NCBI GenBank assembly: GCA_041752695.1
Contig: JBGSVZ010000101.1
Location: 1 to 64,000, forward strand
Direction of reading: 5' to 3'
Length of the DNA stretch: 64,000 bases
Source of the DNA: Terrimicrobiaceae bacterium
GTDB taxonomy: Bacteria > Verrucomicrobiota > Verrucomicrobiia > Chthoniobacterales > Terrimicrobiaceae
Part shown: in pieces, positions 10,306-20,300 of the stretch
How the letters are laid out: each line of letters begins with the position of its first letter
Position numbering within the stretch: position 1 is the stretch's first letter
Translations under genes and position numbers: made by a program
Notes under the pieces: model-generated
The model's input: the letters and a program-made list of their open reading frames with translations, nothing else
The model's database searches: none
What the model was told of the DNA's origin: nothing

Positions 10306-11364
10306 ATGAGCATCAAGAGCGTTCTCGTCGTAGCCTCGCTGATATTGAGCGTAGCCATCGGGCTTTTTCTCGGCCGGGGAGGGGTCAAGGTCGAGGAGTC
10401 TGGGAAAAGCCGTCCGCTCATCGGACTTTCGCTGGACACCTTAAAGGAGGAACGCTGGCAGGCAGATGCAGATCTTTTCAAGAAGCGCTGCGAAGAATTG
10501 GGCGCAGATGTCCTCGTTCAGGCGGCCAACGGCGACGACACGAGGCAAATCAACGATGTGCAATCGCTCATTAGCCGTAATGTGGATGTGATTGTGATTG
10601 TTCCGCATGATGGGGCGGCGATGGCTAAGGGAGTTCAGGTGGCGCATGAGGCGGGGATCCCGGTGATCGCGTACGACCGACTGATCAAAAACTGCGATCT
10701 GGATATCTATTTGAGTTTCGACAACGTGAAAGTCGGGCGCCTGCAGGCGCAATGGATCCTCGATCATCTGCCGACTCCGGGCAAAGGCCGCATTGTGGTG
10801 GCCAACGGGTCGAAGACGGACAACAACGCGTTTCTTTTTCAACAAGGCGCGATGGAGGTTTTCCAACCCTATATTGACCGCGGCGACATCAAAATCGTGT
10901 GGGAAGACTGGACGGAGGATTGGAAACTCGAGAACGCCAAGAAGATCGTCAATGCGGCCATCAGCAAACTCGGACCCAACGGTTTTGATGCGGTGCTGGC
11001 CGCAGCGGATGGCGTGGCGGCGGGCGCGATCCAGGCGCTCAGCGAGGAAGGGTTGGCCGGCAAAGTGCTGGTGACCGGGCAGGATGCGGAATTGGTGGCC
11101 TGCCAGAAAATCGTTGCCGGGACGCAATCCATGACCATCTACAAGCCGCTGAAGAAACTCGCTTCCTCCGCGGCCGACGTGGCGGTGAAGATGGCGCTGG
11201 GCAAGCCGATCATAGCGACGCAAAGCGTGAACAACGGCCTGATTGATGTGCCGGCGATTTTGGGGGACATCTTTGCGGTGGATAAAACAAATCTGCGCGA
11301 GACGGTGATCGCCGACGGTTTCCAAAGCGAAAAAGCGGTTTATGGCAACACGCCGCAGAACTAA
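10306..11364 (+). CDS. xylF: D-xylose ABC transporter substrate-binding protein
   Basis: DTLKEERWQ, AYDRLI, SFDNVKVG, TDNNA, VTGQDA and QSMTIYKP. Confidence 0.9.
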   Translation: MSIKSVLVVASLILSVAIGLFLGRGGVKVEESGKSRPLIGLSLDTLKEERWQADADLFKKRCEELGADVLVQAANGDDTRQINDVQSLISRNVDVIVIVPHDGAAMAKGVQVAHEAGIPVIAYDRLIKNCDLDIYLSFDNVKVGRLQAQWILDHLPTPGKGRIVVANGSKTDNNAFLFQQGAMEVFQPYIDRGDIKIVWEDWTEDWKLENAKKIVNAAISKLGPNGFDAVLAAADGVAAGAIQALSEEGLAGKVLVTGQDAELVACQKIVAGTQSMTIYKPLKKLASSAADVAVKMALGKPIIATQSVNNGLIDVPAILGDIFAVDKTNLRETVIADGFQSEKAVYGNTPQN

Positions 11365-11367
11365 GCC

Positions 11368-12906
11368 ATGGCCGCGATCTTATCGGCCACAAATCTCGTC
11401 AAGCGCTTCCCGGGCGTAGTGGCGCTGAAGGGCGTGAGTTTTGACCTGGTCCCCGGCGAGATGCATGCCCTCTGCGGAGAAAATGGCGCGGGAAAATCCA
11501 CCCTCATCAAGACGCTTTCCGGCCTCCATCCGGCGGGCACCTACGAGGGCGAGATTTGCGTGGATGGCAGGCCTGTGGCCTTTGCCAATTCCAAGGATGC
11601 CGAGCGTGCGGGCATCGGCGTGATCTATCAGGAACTCGCCCTGGTCCCGGAAATGACCGTGGCGGAGAATATCTTTTTGGGGAACGAACCCCGGCGCGCG
11701 TGCGGGTGGTTTATCGATTGGGAGAAGGTCTCAGCGGACGCCAAACAATTGATGGACCGCTTCGGTCTTAATATTCCCACAACTGCGGTGGTGAACGACC
11801 TCGGCGTCGGACACCGTCAATTGGTGGAAATCGCCAAGGCCCTCTCCAAGAACACGCGTGTTCTTATCCTGGACGAACCCACCGCCGCACTCACCGAGCA
11901 GGAGGTGGATGTGTTGCTCGACATGCTGCGGGATCTGAAAAAGCGCGGCATCGCCTTGATTTACATCAGTCATAAACTCGATGAGGTTTTTGCCATCGCC
12001 GACCGGATCACTGTGTTGCGAGACGGCCAGAGCATCACGACGCTGGAAGCCGCCAGAACCACGAAAAACGAAGTGATCCGTCACATGGTGGGGCGTCCGA
12101 TTGAGGACCTGTTTCCGCGGCGTGCGGGAAAGTCCGGTGTGCCCCGGCTGGTGGTGGAAAACCTGAGCGTGGAGGAAAACGGCAAGCCACGGCTGGAGAA
12201 TATTTCCCTGGAAGCCCGGGCCGGTGAGGTGCTTGGCATCGGCGGCCTGATGGGGGCCGGACGCAGCGAGTTGTTGATGCATGTCTTCGGGGCGTTTGGC
12301 CGGCGGACGGGTGGCCAGGTTTTGCTGGAGGGTCAACCGCTCGGGCCCGCGCACACGCCCTCGGGAAGCATCCATCGCGGTCTCGTTCTGGTGAGCGAGG
12401 ACCGCAAGAGGTACGGCCTCGTTTTGGATCTTTCGATCGGATTTAACATGGCGCTTTCCTCACTGGAGGAAGTGGCGGTCGGTCCCGGTTCGTTCGGGCT
12501 GATCAACGATGCGCGTGAGCGACGCCGCAATACGGAGTATTTCGATTCGCTGCGGGTCAAGGCCGGCGGCCTGGAAACGGTCGTTGGCACGCTCTCCGGC
12601 GGAAACCAGCAAAAGGTCGTGCTGGCCAAGGCCCTGATGACGGAGCCCAAAGTGATCTTTCTCGACGAGCCCACCCGGGGTATCGATGTCGGCGCAAAGT
12701 TGGAAGTTTATGAATTGATCAACCGCCTCACCGATGCCGGACAGGCGGTGGTGCTGGTGAGCAGCGAACTGCCTGAGTTGATGGGAATGAGCGACCGGAT
12801 TGTCATGCTGGCCGAGGGCCGCGTCGGCGGAACGTTCACCCGCGCGGAAGCTACTCAGGAAAAATTGCTTGCCGCCGCCATGGGCGGGGAAACGTCTTTA
12901 AATTAG
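11368..12906 (+). CDS. xylG: Xylose ABC transporter ATP-binding protein (two NBDs)
   Basis: GENGAGKST, LDEPT, LSGGNQQK and DEPTRGIDVGAK. Confidence 0.92.
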   Translation: MAAILSATNLVKRFPGVVALKGVSFDLVPGEMHALCGENGAGKSTLIKTLSGLHPAGTYEGEICVDGRPVAFANSKDAERAGIGVIYQELALVPEMTVAENIFLGNEPRRACGWFIDWEKVSADAKQLMDRFGLNIPTTAVVNDLGVGHRQLVEIAKALSKNTRVLILDEPTAALTEQEVDVLLDMLRDLKKRGIALIYISHKLDEVFAIADRITVLRDGQSITTLEAARTTKNEVIRHMVGRPIEDLFPRRAGKSGVPRLVVENLSVEENGKPRLENISLEARAGEVLGIGGLMGAGRSELLMHVFGAFGRRTGGQVLLEGQPLGPAHTPSGSIHRGLVLVSEDRKRYGLVLDLSIGFNMALSSLEEVAVGPGSFGLINDARERRRNTEYFDSLRVKAGGLETVVGTLSGGNQQKVVLAKALMTEPKVIFLDEPTRGIDVGAKLEVYELINRLTDAGQAVVLVSSELPELMGMSDRIVMLAEGRVGGTFTRAEATQEKLLAAAMGGETSLN

Positions 12907-12914
12907 CGCTCATC

Positions 12915-14042
12915 ATGTCCACCGCAGTTCCCGTTCATCCCGTGCTCAATTTTCGGGCTCTCGCCATGCCGGCCGCCTTGCTTTGTGTCGGGGTATTTTT
13001 CGCCCTGAAATCCCCGGAGTTCCTTTCCGCGCGCAACCTCTCGATGCTGGCCATCGAGGTTTCGATCACGGCCGTGCTGGCGCTGGGAATGTTCCTGATC
13101 ATCCTGCCGGGCCATATTGATCTCTCGGCTGGCAGTGGCGTGGGGCTGATCGGCGGGCTTTCGGCGGTGCTGATTTTTGAATACGGCTGGCCTGCTCCGG
13201 TGGCGCTATTGGTCGGCCTCATTGCGGCCGCCCTGATTTGGTTCGGTATGGGAACGATTATCGTGCGGGAGCGCGTCCCTGCCTTTATCATTACGCTTGG
13301 CGGATTGCTCGTGTTTCGCGGTTTGCATTGGCTGGTCATTCACAACGCCACCATTCCTGTCAGCCGGGGAGGGGAAACGAATCTGTTTTCGCTGCTCACC
13401 ACCTACTACGTTCCGCCTGGCGTAGGCTGGGGGTTGGCCGCGCTGGTAATTTTGGCCCTCGCAGCGGTGGCGTGGCGCAAGGGCCTGCGGGCCGGGACTG
13501 ACCGTGAAAAGATTTTTCTCCAAACCTTCGTGGCCGCGCAAATGATCGTTTTGTTTGTGTTGATCTGCAACGCCTACCGGGGTGTGCCGCTTCCAGCGTT
13601 GGTGCTCGCGGTGGTGGCGTTTGTGATTTACACCCTGACCCGCCAGACGCCGTTCGGGCGTTATCTCTATGCCATCGGCGGGAACGAAGAGGCAGCCCTG
13701 GTGAGTGGTGTGCCCGTGGCGAAGGTATCCATTGGAGCCTTCCTCATCATGGGCATCATTGTGGCGATCACGGGATTCTTGCAAACCGCCTATGCTGGAT
13801 CGAGCACGACGACCGTCGGCACATTGATGGAACTCGATGCGGTCGCCGCCTGCGTGATCGGCGGAACCAGCCTGAAGGGAGGGCGCGGCACGGTCTTCGG
13901 CGTGCTGATGGGGGCGCTCATCATGGCTGCGTTGCTCAATGGCATGACCCTGCTGGCCGTTAGTCCGGAAACCAAATATATTGCCCGCGGCGTGGTGCTG
14001 GGCCTCGCGGTTTGGGCGGATGTGCGGCTTTCCCGCCGCTAA
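12915..14042 (+). CDS. xylH: Xylose ABC transporter permease
   Basis: HIDLSAGS, PAFIITLGG, YAIGGNEEAA..SG and ELDAVAACVIGGTSL.GGRG. Confidence 0.92.
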   Translation: MSTAVPVHPVLNFRALAMPAALLCVGVFFALKSPEFLSARNLSMLAIEVSITAVLALGMFLIILPGHIDLSAGSGVGLIGGLSAVLIFEYGWPAPVALLVGLIAAALIWFGMGTIIVRERVPAFIITLGGLLVFRGLHWLVIHNATIPVSRGGETNLFSLLTTYYVPPGVGWGLAALVILALAAVAWRKGLRAGTDREKIFLQTFVAAQMIVLFVLICNAYRGVPLPALVLAVVAFVIYTLTRQTPFGRYLYAIGGNEEAALVSGVPVAKVSIGAFLIMGIIVAITGFLQTAYAGSSTTTVGTLMELDAVAACVIGGTSLKGGRGTVFGVLMGALIMAALLNGMTLLAVSPETKYIARGVVLGLAVWADVRLSRR

Positions 14043-14056
14043 TCTCAGGAGCAACG

Positions 14057-14141
14057 AGTGCGGCCATGTCCGCTCTACCGGAGTTTCACCGGCGGGGCTC
14101 TCATCCCGAGGCTGCTTCGCCAGAGCGGACACGGCAGCACT
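14057..14141. repeat. Long inverted repeat (20-bp arms, 2 mismatches) enclosing three small hairpins; REPIN-like
   Basis: AGTGCGGCCATGTCCGCTCT (14057-14076) and AGAGCGGACACGGCAGCACT (14122-14141). Confidence 0.65.
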
Positions 14142-14247
14142 GTTTCATGAATAGAAAATACACGCTCCCGTGGTTGTTGCAACTTGCTCCACGCCTTGAT
14201 CAGATTCTGGCGTGGTGTTCGAGCTTGGCGGGGATTCGTCCCGCGTA

Positions 14248-14302
14248 GGAGTCCAGCCTTTAGGCTGGCCTCAATAATGGCGCACGCTAAAGCGTGAACT
14301 CC
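14248..14302. repeat. Inverted pair of GGAG-type REP elements
   Basis: GGAGTCCAGCCTTTAGGCTGG (14248-14268) and, on the reverse strand, GGAGTTCACGCTTTAGCGTG (14283-14302). Confidence 0.85.
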
Positions 14303-14374
14303 AACATTGCGCGAAGGCGTTTTCTCGCCGCCCGTATTCGGAGTGCGTATCATATCCTTGCTCAATCTTTCGGC

Positions 14375-17300
14375 CTACTCCGCCATCCGCCGCGGAAAAG
14401 CCATCGTTGCAACCACCGCGACGACCAGCAGGAGCCCCGCCACAAACCACCCGTTGGATCCGCGGGTCGAAGCGAGGCTTAGCCGCAAGCCCAGCGGCGC
14501 TTCGCCGTCCACCTGAATGCTGCGGGTGAAGGTTAATACCTTGCCGCTCTCGGGGATGGTGACGTCGATGGCGCCGGGGGCGGGTTCGGCGGCGAGTTGC
14601 TGATCGACAATGCGGCTGGCAATGCCGCGGAGGGCGGAGTTTTCCTCGGCGGTGTTGCCCATGAGGAGCTGGTCCATCTGCTGCGGGTCGAAGTTGGTGC
14701 CGCCTTGCATGAAAGGATTGGCATTGGCGGCCTGTTCAAGTTGCTCGTTGCGGCTCGAGTCGTTGCTTTTGTTGTCGAGGTAGAGGCGCTGACGCCGGGT
14801 GTTCAAACCAACGACGGCTTGCTGGGTTTTGAGGGTTTTCAACTGCACGCGGGCGTCTTCGTTGGAGGCTTCGTCGAGGGCGAAGGTGTTGGCGGCTTTG
14901 CTCAGGACCTCGCTGGCCTTTTGTTGCTCACCCTGCCGGAGGAGGGAATTGGCCTGGTCCATCAGGGCGGCGGCCTTTTTTGCCTCGGCGGTGCGGTTGT
15001 AGGAGGCGAGTTCCACATATTGTTGCATGCCGAACGGCCCGGCCGCCTTTTGCTCCTTGAGGCGCAGGGCACCTGAGTAGTTGGCGATGGCTTGACCGGG
15101 TGGCAAAATGACGCGCCAAGAAACGTTGACCAGCGGCACGTTTAGGCTGGGGCCGAGGAGTTCGATTTTTCCGCGCTGGGCGTTGGGAACGGAATAAACG
15201 AGCCGCACCTCGGCGGAACGGTCGGAGTCGCTGTTCGGCGAGACATTCAACAGGTAGGCGTCGCCTTCGCGCACCACGCTGACACTTTCGTCATTCACGA
15301 AGGCGCTGAAAAGCCGGGCGTCCTTCGGGAGGTTGACGCGGAGGGAGCTTTTCTCGACGACTTCGACCGTCAGCCGGACCGCAGTGAGAGACGGACCCTG
15401 CGGAGAGAAGAGGGTGGTGAGATCGCCTTGCGTGACACGAAGTTTGAGGGCGTCGGCCACGTTGTGCCGCTGAATGGACACGACGAGCGGGCCCTCGGGT
15501 TCGGCCACGCGGAAACACAGCGCCGGCACGCTGCGGTCGGAGTGGTCCTGCAGCGTTGCGGGAACGGCGCTCCAATCCACCCGTTGCCAGCCACGCGGGA
15601 GAACGTCGGCGGCGAGTTCGATGCGTCCGCTGCCGCGCACCGAGACAAACTGCGTGACCTGGCGAGTGCCTTCGAAGGCGGGGGTCTGGATCGACTCCTT
15701 GCCGTGTTCACGGGTTGCTGCTCCCTGGAATTCGATCTGCACGTCCGTCTCGCCGGCGATGCCGCGTTGAAAGCGGATTTCCCAGACGTCTTTTTCATTG
15801 GGCAATTTCACCAGATCGCTCACGGCGGAGCCGGTGCCGCGGACGGTCTGGGTCTGGCTTTCGCTCAGTCCCGGCAGGCGCAGACGCAGTTGTTTCACGG
15901 CCGCGTTATCGACACGGTAGCGCAGGCCAAGCCGCGTGAGGGTCTGGCCTTCTCGCACGGTGACTTCTTGCAGGGCCTGGACGGTCACCCATGGCTCCAG
16001 CGCCTCGATGCCGAGTTGCAGGTTCCAGTTTTCCTGGAGCAGACGGAAGGCGAGGGTGCCGGGCCGCGATTCTCCGGCGGCGCGGGAATCGACTTGCGAA
16101 ACGCTTTCGCGTTTCACGGCGCGGAGACGGATGCCTTTTTCTGGGACCAGCAGCAACTCGCCGGTTTGGCGATTGGCCTCGCGCAGCAGGAGGCGCGGCA
16201 CGGTCCACGCGTCCTGCGCCGCCGGGGAGGCCCCGACCAGGGTGAGGGCAAAAGTCTGGTCGCCGATGGTGCGGCCATTGAGTTGCAGGGTGATGATCCG
16301 TTTGCCGTCCTCGGTGGCTTCGATCCATTGGCTAAGGGTGCCGCCGCTGATGGCCTCGACTTCCAAACCTTCGGGCAGGGGGAAGCTCAATTTGAAAAGT
16401 CCGGCGCGGGTGATGGCAACGTTCAGGTCGGCGGCCAGTACCAGTCGATCATCGCCGAAGGACAGGACCTGCTTGGTCACGACTCGCACCTCCGGAGCCA
16501 CCGCCGCGACTTTGAGCGATACCTTCCCACCTTCCCGGCCGTAACGGAACGCCTGCTGGAGCAGAGCCAGGGGTTGTCCGTCCTTGGTGGTCGGGATGAG
16601 CCCGGAATCGAAATCCTCCAGATTGACCGGCGAGAGGCCGCGCACGTTTTCCGGCTGGGCGTCGCCGCCGAAGGCGAGGGCAATCATGCCGACTTCGCCC
16701 GCGGCACCCATCACGCGGATGGGCTCCAAAGTGAGATCCACCGGGAGATCGGCGGTGCCGAGCTGGCTCTCCACATCCAGCTTGAAGGTGCCGGCCTGTG
16801 CCGGGGCGATCTCCACGCGCAGCTTGCGGGTTTTGGGATCGAAACGCCAGGCGCTCACCGGGCCGTTTCGCACGTCGCCAACAGTGAAGCCGGCAGGCAC
16901 TTCCAGTTCGAGGGCCGAAACCTCACCCTGCACGGGACGGATCGTCACGCGGCAGTAGCCATTCACGACCCCGGGACCGGGGACAAACAGGTTCGCCGCC
17001 TCGGCAAAAAACTGGGTTTTCTCCGCGGCGGTATTGCGGGTCCGGGTGCGGATGTTGATGACCGGCGTTTCCCCGGGACTTAGGATCAGGGTCGCACCAC
17101 TTTCGGCGTCTGAAATTCCGGCCAGGGCCTGAACACTCACCGCCGAGGGCGAAGTGAACTCCCAGCCGCCTTGATCAAGCTGCACCGTGACACGCTGCAC
17201 AGCGGCCGGACCGGACACGAGAGGCAGGCCTTTGCTCAGATCAGCCGCTGGCATTTCAAAACTGGCGAGGGCGCGGAAGACCCCCGCACGTTCTAGCGCG

Positions 17301-20300
17301 ACGAAATAAAGGGTCTGGTTGCCGCGCTGAACTTTGGTTACGCGCAGGCCGTCGTCACCTTTGAAGTTGGTGAGCACGGCGGGTGGCTGGAGCAAAAGGA
17401 AGCTGTCCCCCACCGCGCCGCGCACCTGGACGTCGCAATCTCCAAATAAGCGGCCTTCGCGGATTTTCCAGGTCTGCACCAGCGATTCAGCGGGCGGACT
17501 TTCCTGCGCCGAAGCTGGGACCACAGACGCCGCCAGCAGTAGGACCAGGGCGGTGGCCACCGGAGCGGGCTGGAGGACCGCCCGCCGCCGGCGCATCCAG
17601 CGAATAAAGATGGGAAGCATCAGCGCGGCAAACACCCCGATGGCGAGGAGGAGGAAAAAGGCCGCCGCCCCACCGCGCTGGGCGAGTAGGCCAATCGCCA
17701 GAAACAGCGCACCGGCTGGAACCGGCCAGCCTCCGTGTCCGGAACCTATCCACACGCGGAAAGCCGCAAATCCCAGCAAGGCGACGCCGACCGCTCCCGC
17801 GACAACGCCCCACGGGGAGATCATCGCCCGGGTGGCTCCGACGTTGCCAAGTTGCAGGGTGACCGCTTCGCCAGCGGGCACGACCGCCGCCGCGTAGGTG
17901 AGCTTGGCGATGTTGTGTTGGCGGACCTTCGTCGCGGTGGCGGCAAAATTCAGCGCGCACAGAACCACTCCGCCGGCCACGAGGAATCCGAGAAGGGTTT
18001 TCCATGTGACGCTGCTGCGGAGTAAAAATCCCGCGAGCGCGACGGCGAGAAGCAACAGAATAGTGGAACCCGCTGCCCGCTCGGAGAGCCACTCGAAGCC
18101 GGTCTCCGTGAGCACCGGGACGGTGAGTTGGGCGGTGCCGCCCTTGGGGACGAGGAGCTGTCCGGGGTCACCGGTGACGGTCCATTCGCTAATAACCGTG
18201 GTCGACAGGGCCTTGGGGGAACTGAGGATCGGCGAGCGGGCGTGTTTGGCGGTCTGGCCAAGGCGCAGCACGACCTCGACAGGTTCGTTGGGGTTCAGCT
18301 TGGGCGGGAGCGGAATGAGGGTTTGCTCGCCGTCCACCTGGGCGTTGACGATCTGTTGATCGGCGTGGGCCTCCCAGAGTTTCACATCGGCGGGCAGCAC
18401 GATGCGCAGGGCCTTGCGTCCGCGGGTTTTCACGAAATACCGCGCATCCGTCACGACCTGGCCATCGCGGGAAATGCGGCTGGAGAGTTTTGCGAAATCC
18501 ACGAGCTGGTCCACGGTTTCCGCCGGGGCATACCATTTGATGTCCATTTCCATTTCGAACGGCCGCGCGGTGTACTGATAAACCGCGAGGGAGGGGGAGG
18601 TGGTGAGTAGGCGGAACTCCGCGGGGAGTTCGAGGGGTTCCAGCTTTAACAAAGCGCCCTCAGCCTTGAGGACTTGAGATTTCACCTGTAGCGGACTGAC
18701 CACTTGCAAAAACCCGCGCTCGCCCTGCACGCCGAGCGGATGCACTTCACCGGGTTTGATGGTTCCTCCGCGGGCGCTCATGGGTTGCTCAAATGTGACG
18801 AGCAGCGTGGCGGCCCCAAGAACGGCTTGGTGAAGCGAGACGATGATCTGATTGCCCTCACGGCGCCAGTCGCGGCGGACGTTCTGGCCGACGACATCAA
18901 TGTTTCCCGCGGACTCCGGCACTTCGATCCGCCATTCGCTGGATGGCGCGCCCACGACGAAATAGTTAAAAAGCACGCTCCCATAAACCACCCCTTCCTT
19001 AAGGGAGTAGAGGTGGAAAACATCCGCCTGCACGCTCTGGCCAAGGGCCTCGACGTTCAGCGTGGCCGACCAGTCGGCTTCACGCTGACGGAAGGCCTGC
19101 TGGAGGCCGGGAATTTGATTGGGGAAATAGCTAAGGGGCATTTCGACGAGCTTTTCCATTTTGCCTGGAAGGATGCGGAAGCCGGGTGTGGAGACGACAC
19201 CGATGTGGCCGCGCACGGATTTGGCCCCGGGATAGGAGAGCGGCGGCAGGATCCACGCGCCCGCGGCGGCGGCCTGGTTTTTTTCGAGGCGCAGACGGAT
19301 CAATTGCCGGCCTTCGACAGCGGTGTTGAAGAGGATTTTCAAAACGCGAAGCCCATCCTTGGTTTCGGTCTCCGCGACATAATCGGCGACGCTACCGCCA
19401 TTGGCGGCCACCACAGCGTAATCCTCGGGGATCTGGAGGGACCATTCGCGCAGCGGGGCCTCGCGGATGTCGAGTTCGAGGTCAGCGGTGATCACGCGGT
19501 CGGTATCGGCGAGTTTGTAGAGGAGGATTTGCGAGACACCGACCTCGGCAAGAATCTGATTTGCTACGATCCGATAGGCGTAGCTCGCGGAGGGAAAACG
19601 ATAGACAAAAACCTGCCGGGTACCGGGTTCCACGGCGGTGCCGGGAAACTGCGCCGGGGCCAATTGCATCATGCCCGCGACATCGGCCACTTCGAGGCGG
19701 ACGGCACCGTCATTGGCCACGCGCACATAACCCGAGTGGCGCACGCCGCCTTCGGGGGTGAGGCGCAGCGGTTCGGCCTTCACGGGAAAATTGCCGAGTG
19801 GAGACTGACTGCGCACAATAATCGCACCGCTTTTTTCCAAAGGCCGGCTGAGACGAACGTCCAGGGCGCGTTGTTTGCCGTCGGGCACGACTTTCCAACC
19901 CAGAACGTTGGTGCCTTCCACGCCGAGGATCTCCCCAGGGCCGTCGAGTCTCAAACGAATGCTAGGCAATTTTCCCTGCAGCACGCGGAAGTCAATTTTC
20001 GAAGTCTGGCGGAGCAAACCGGCCCCCACGCGGACATCGCTTTGTTCGTGGCTGGTGAAGGAGAGCGTGCCGACACTCGAGTCGCGCGACTGCCGCCAGC
20101 CAACGGAAGCATCGCCGTCGGCGGCAACGAATCCCTTGCGGGACGTGGCATCGGGAACGACGGGCGCACTGGGATTAAAAGCCACTTCTTTGGCCAGCCC
20201 CTCGATCACCATGGGCACAACCGCTCCGGCGGGCATGCGGAAGTCCAGGGACTTCCATTCGCCGTCGCGCAGTGCGGCCACCAAGCTAATATCCAGGGGA

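Noticed and set aside
14147..14248. 33-aa small ORF MNRKYTLPWLLQLAPR...
   Set aside because: Lies between repeats, with no clear RBS or recognisable motif; it cannot be supported from sequence alone.
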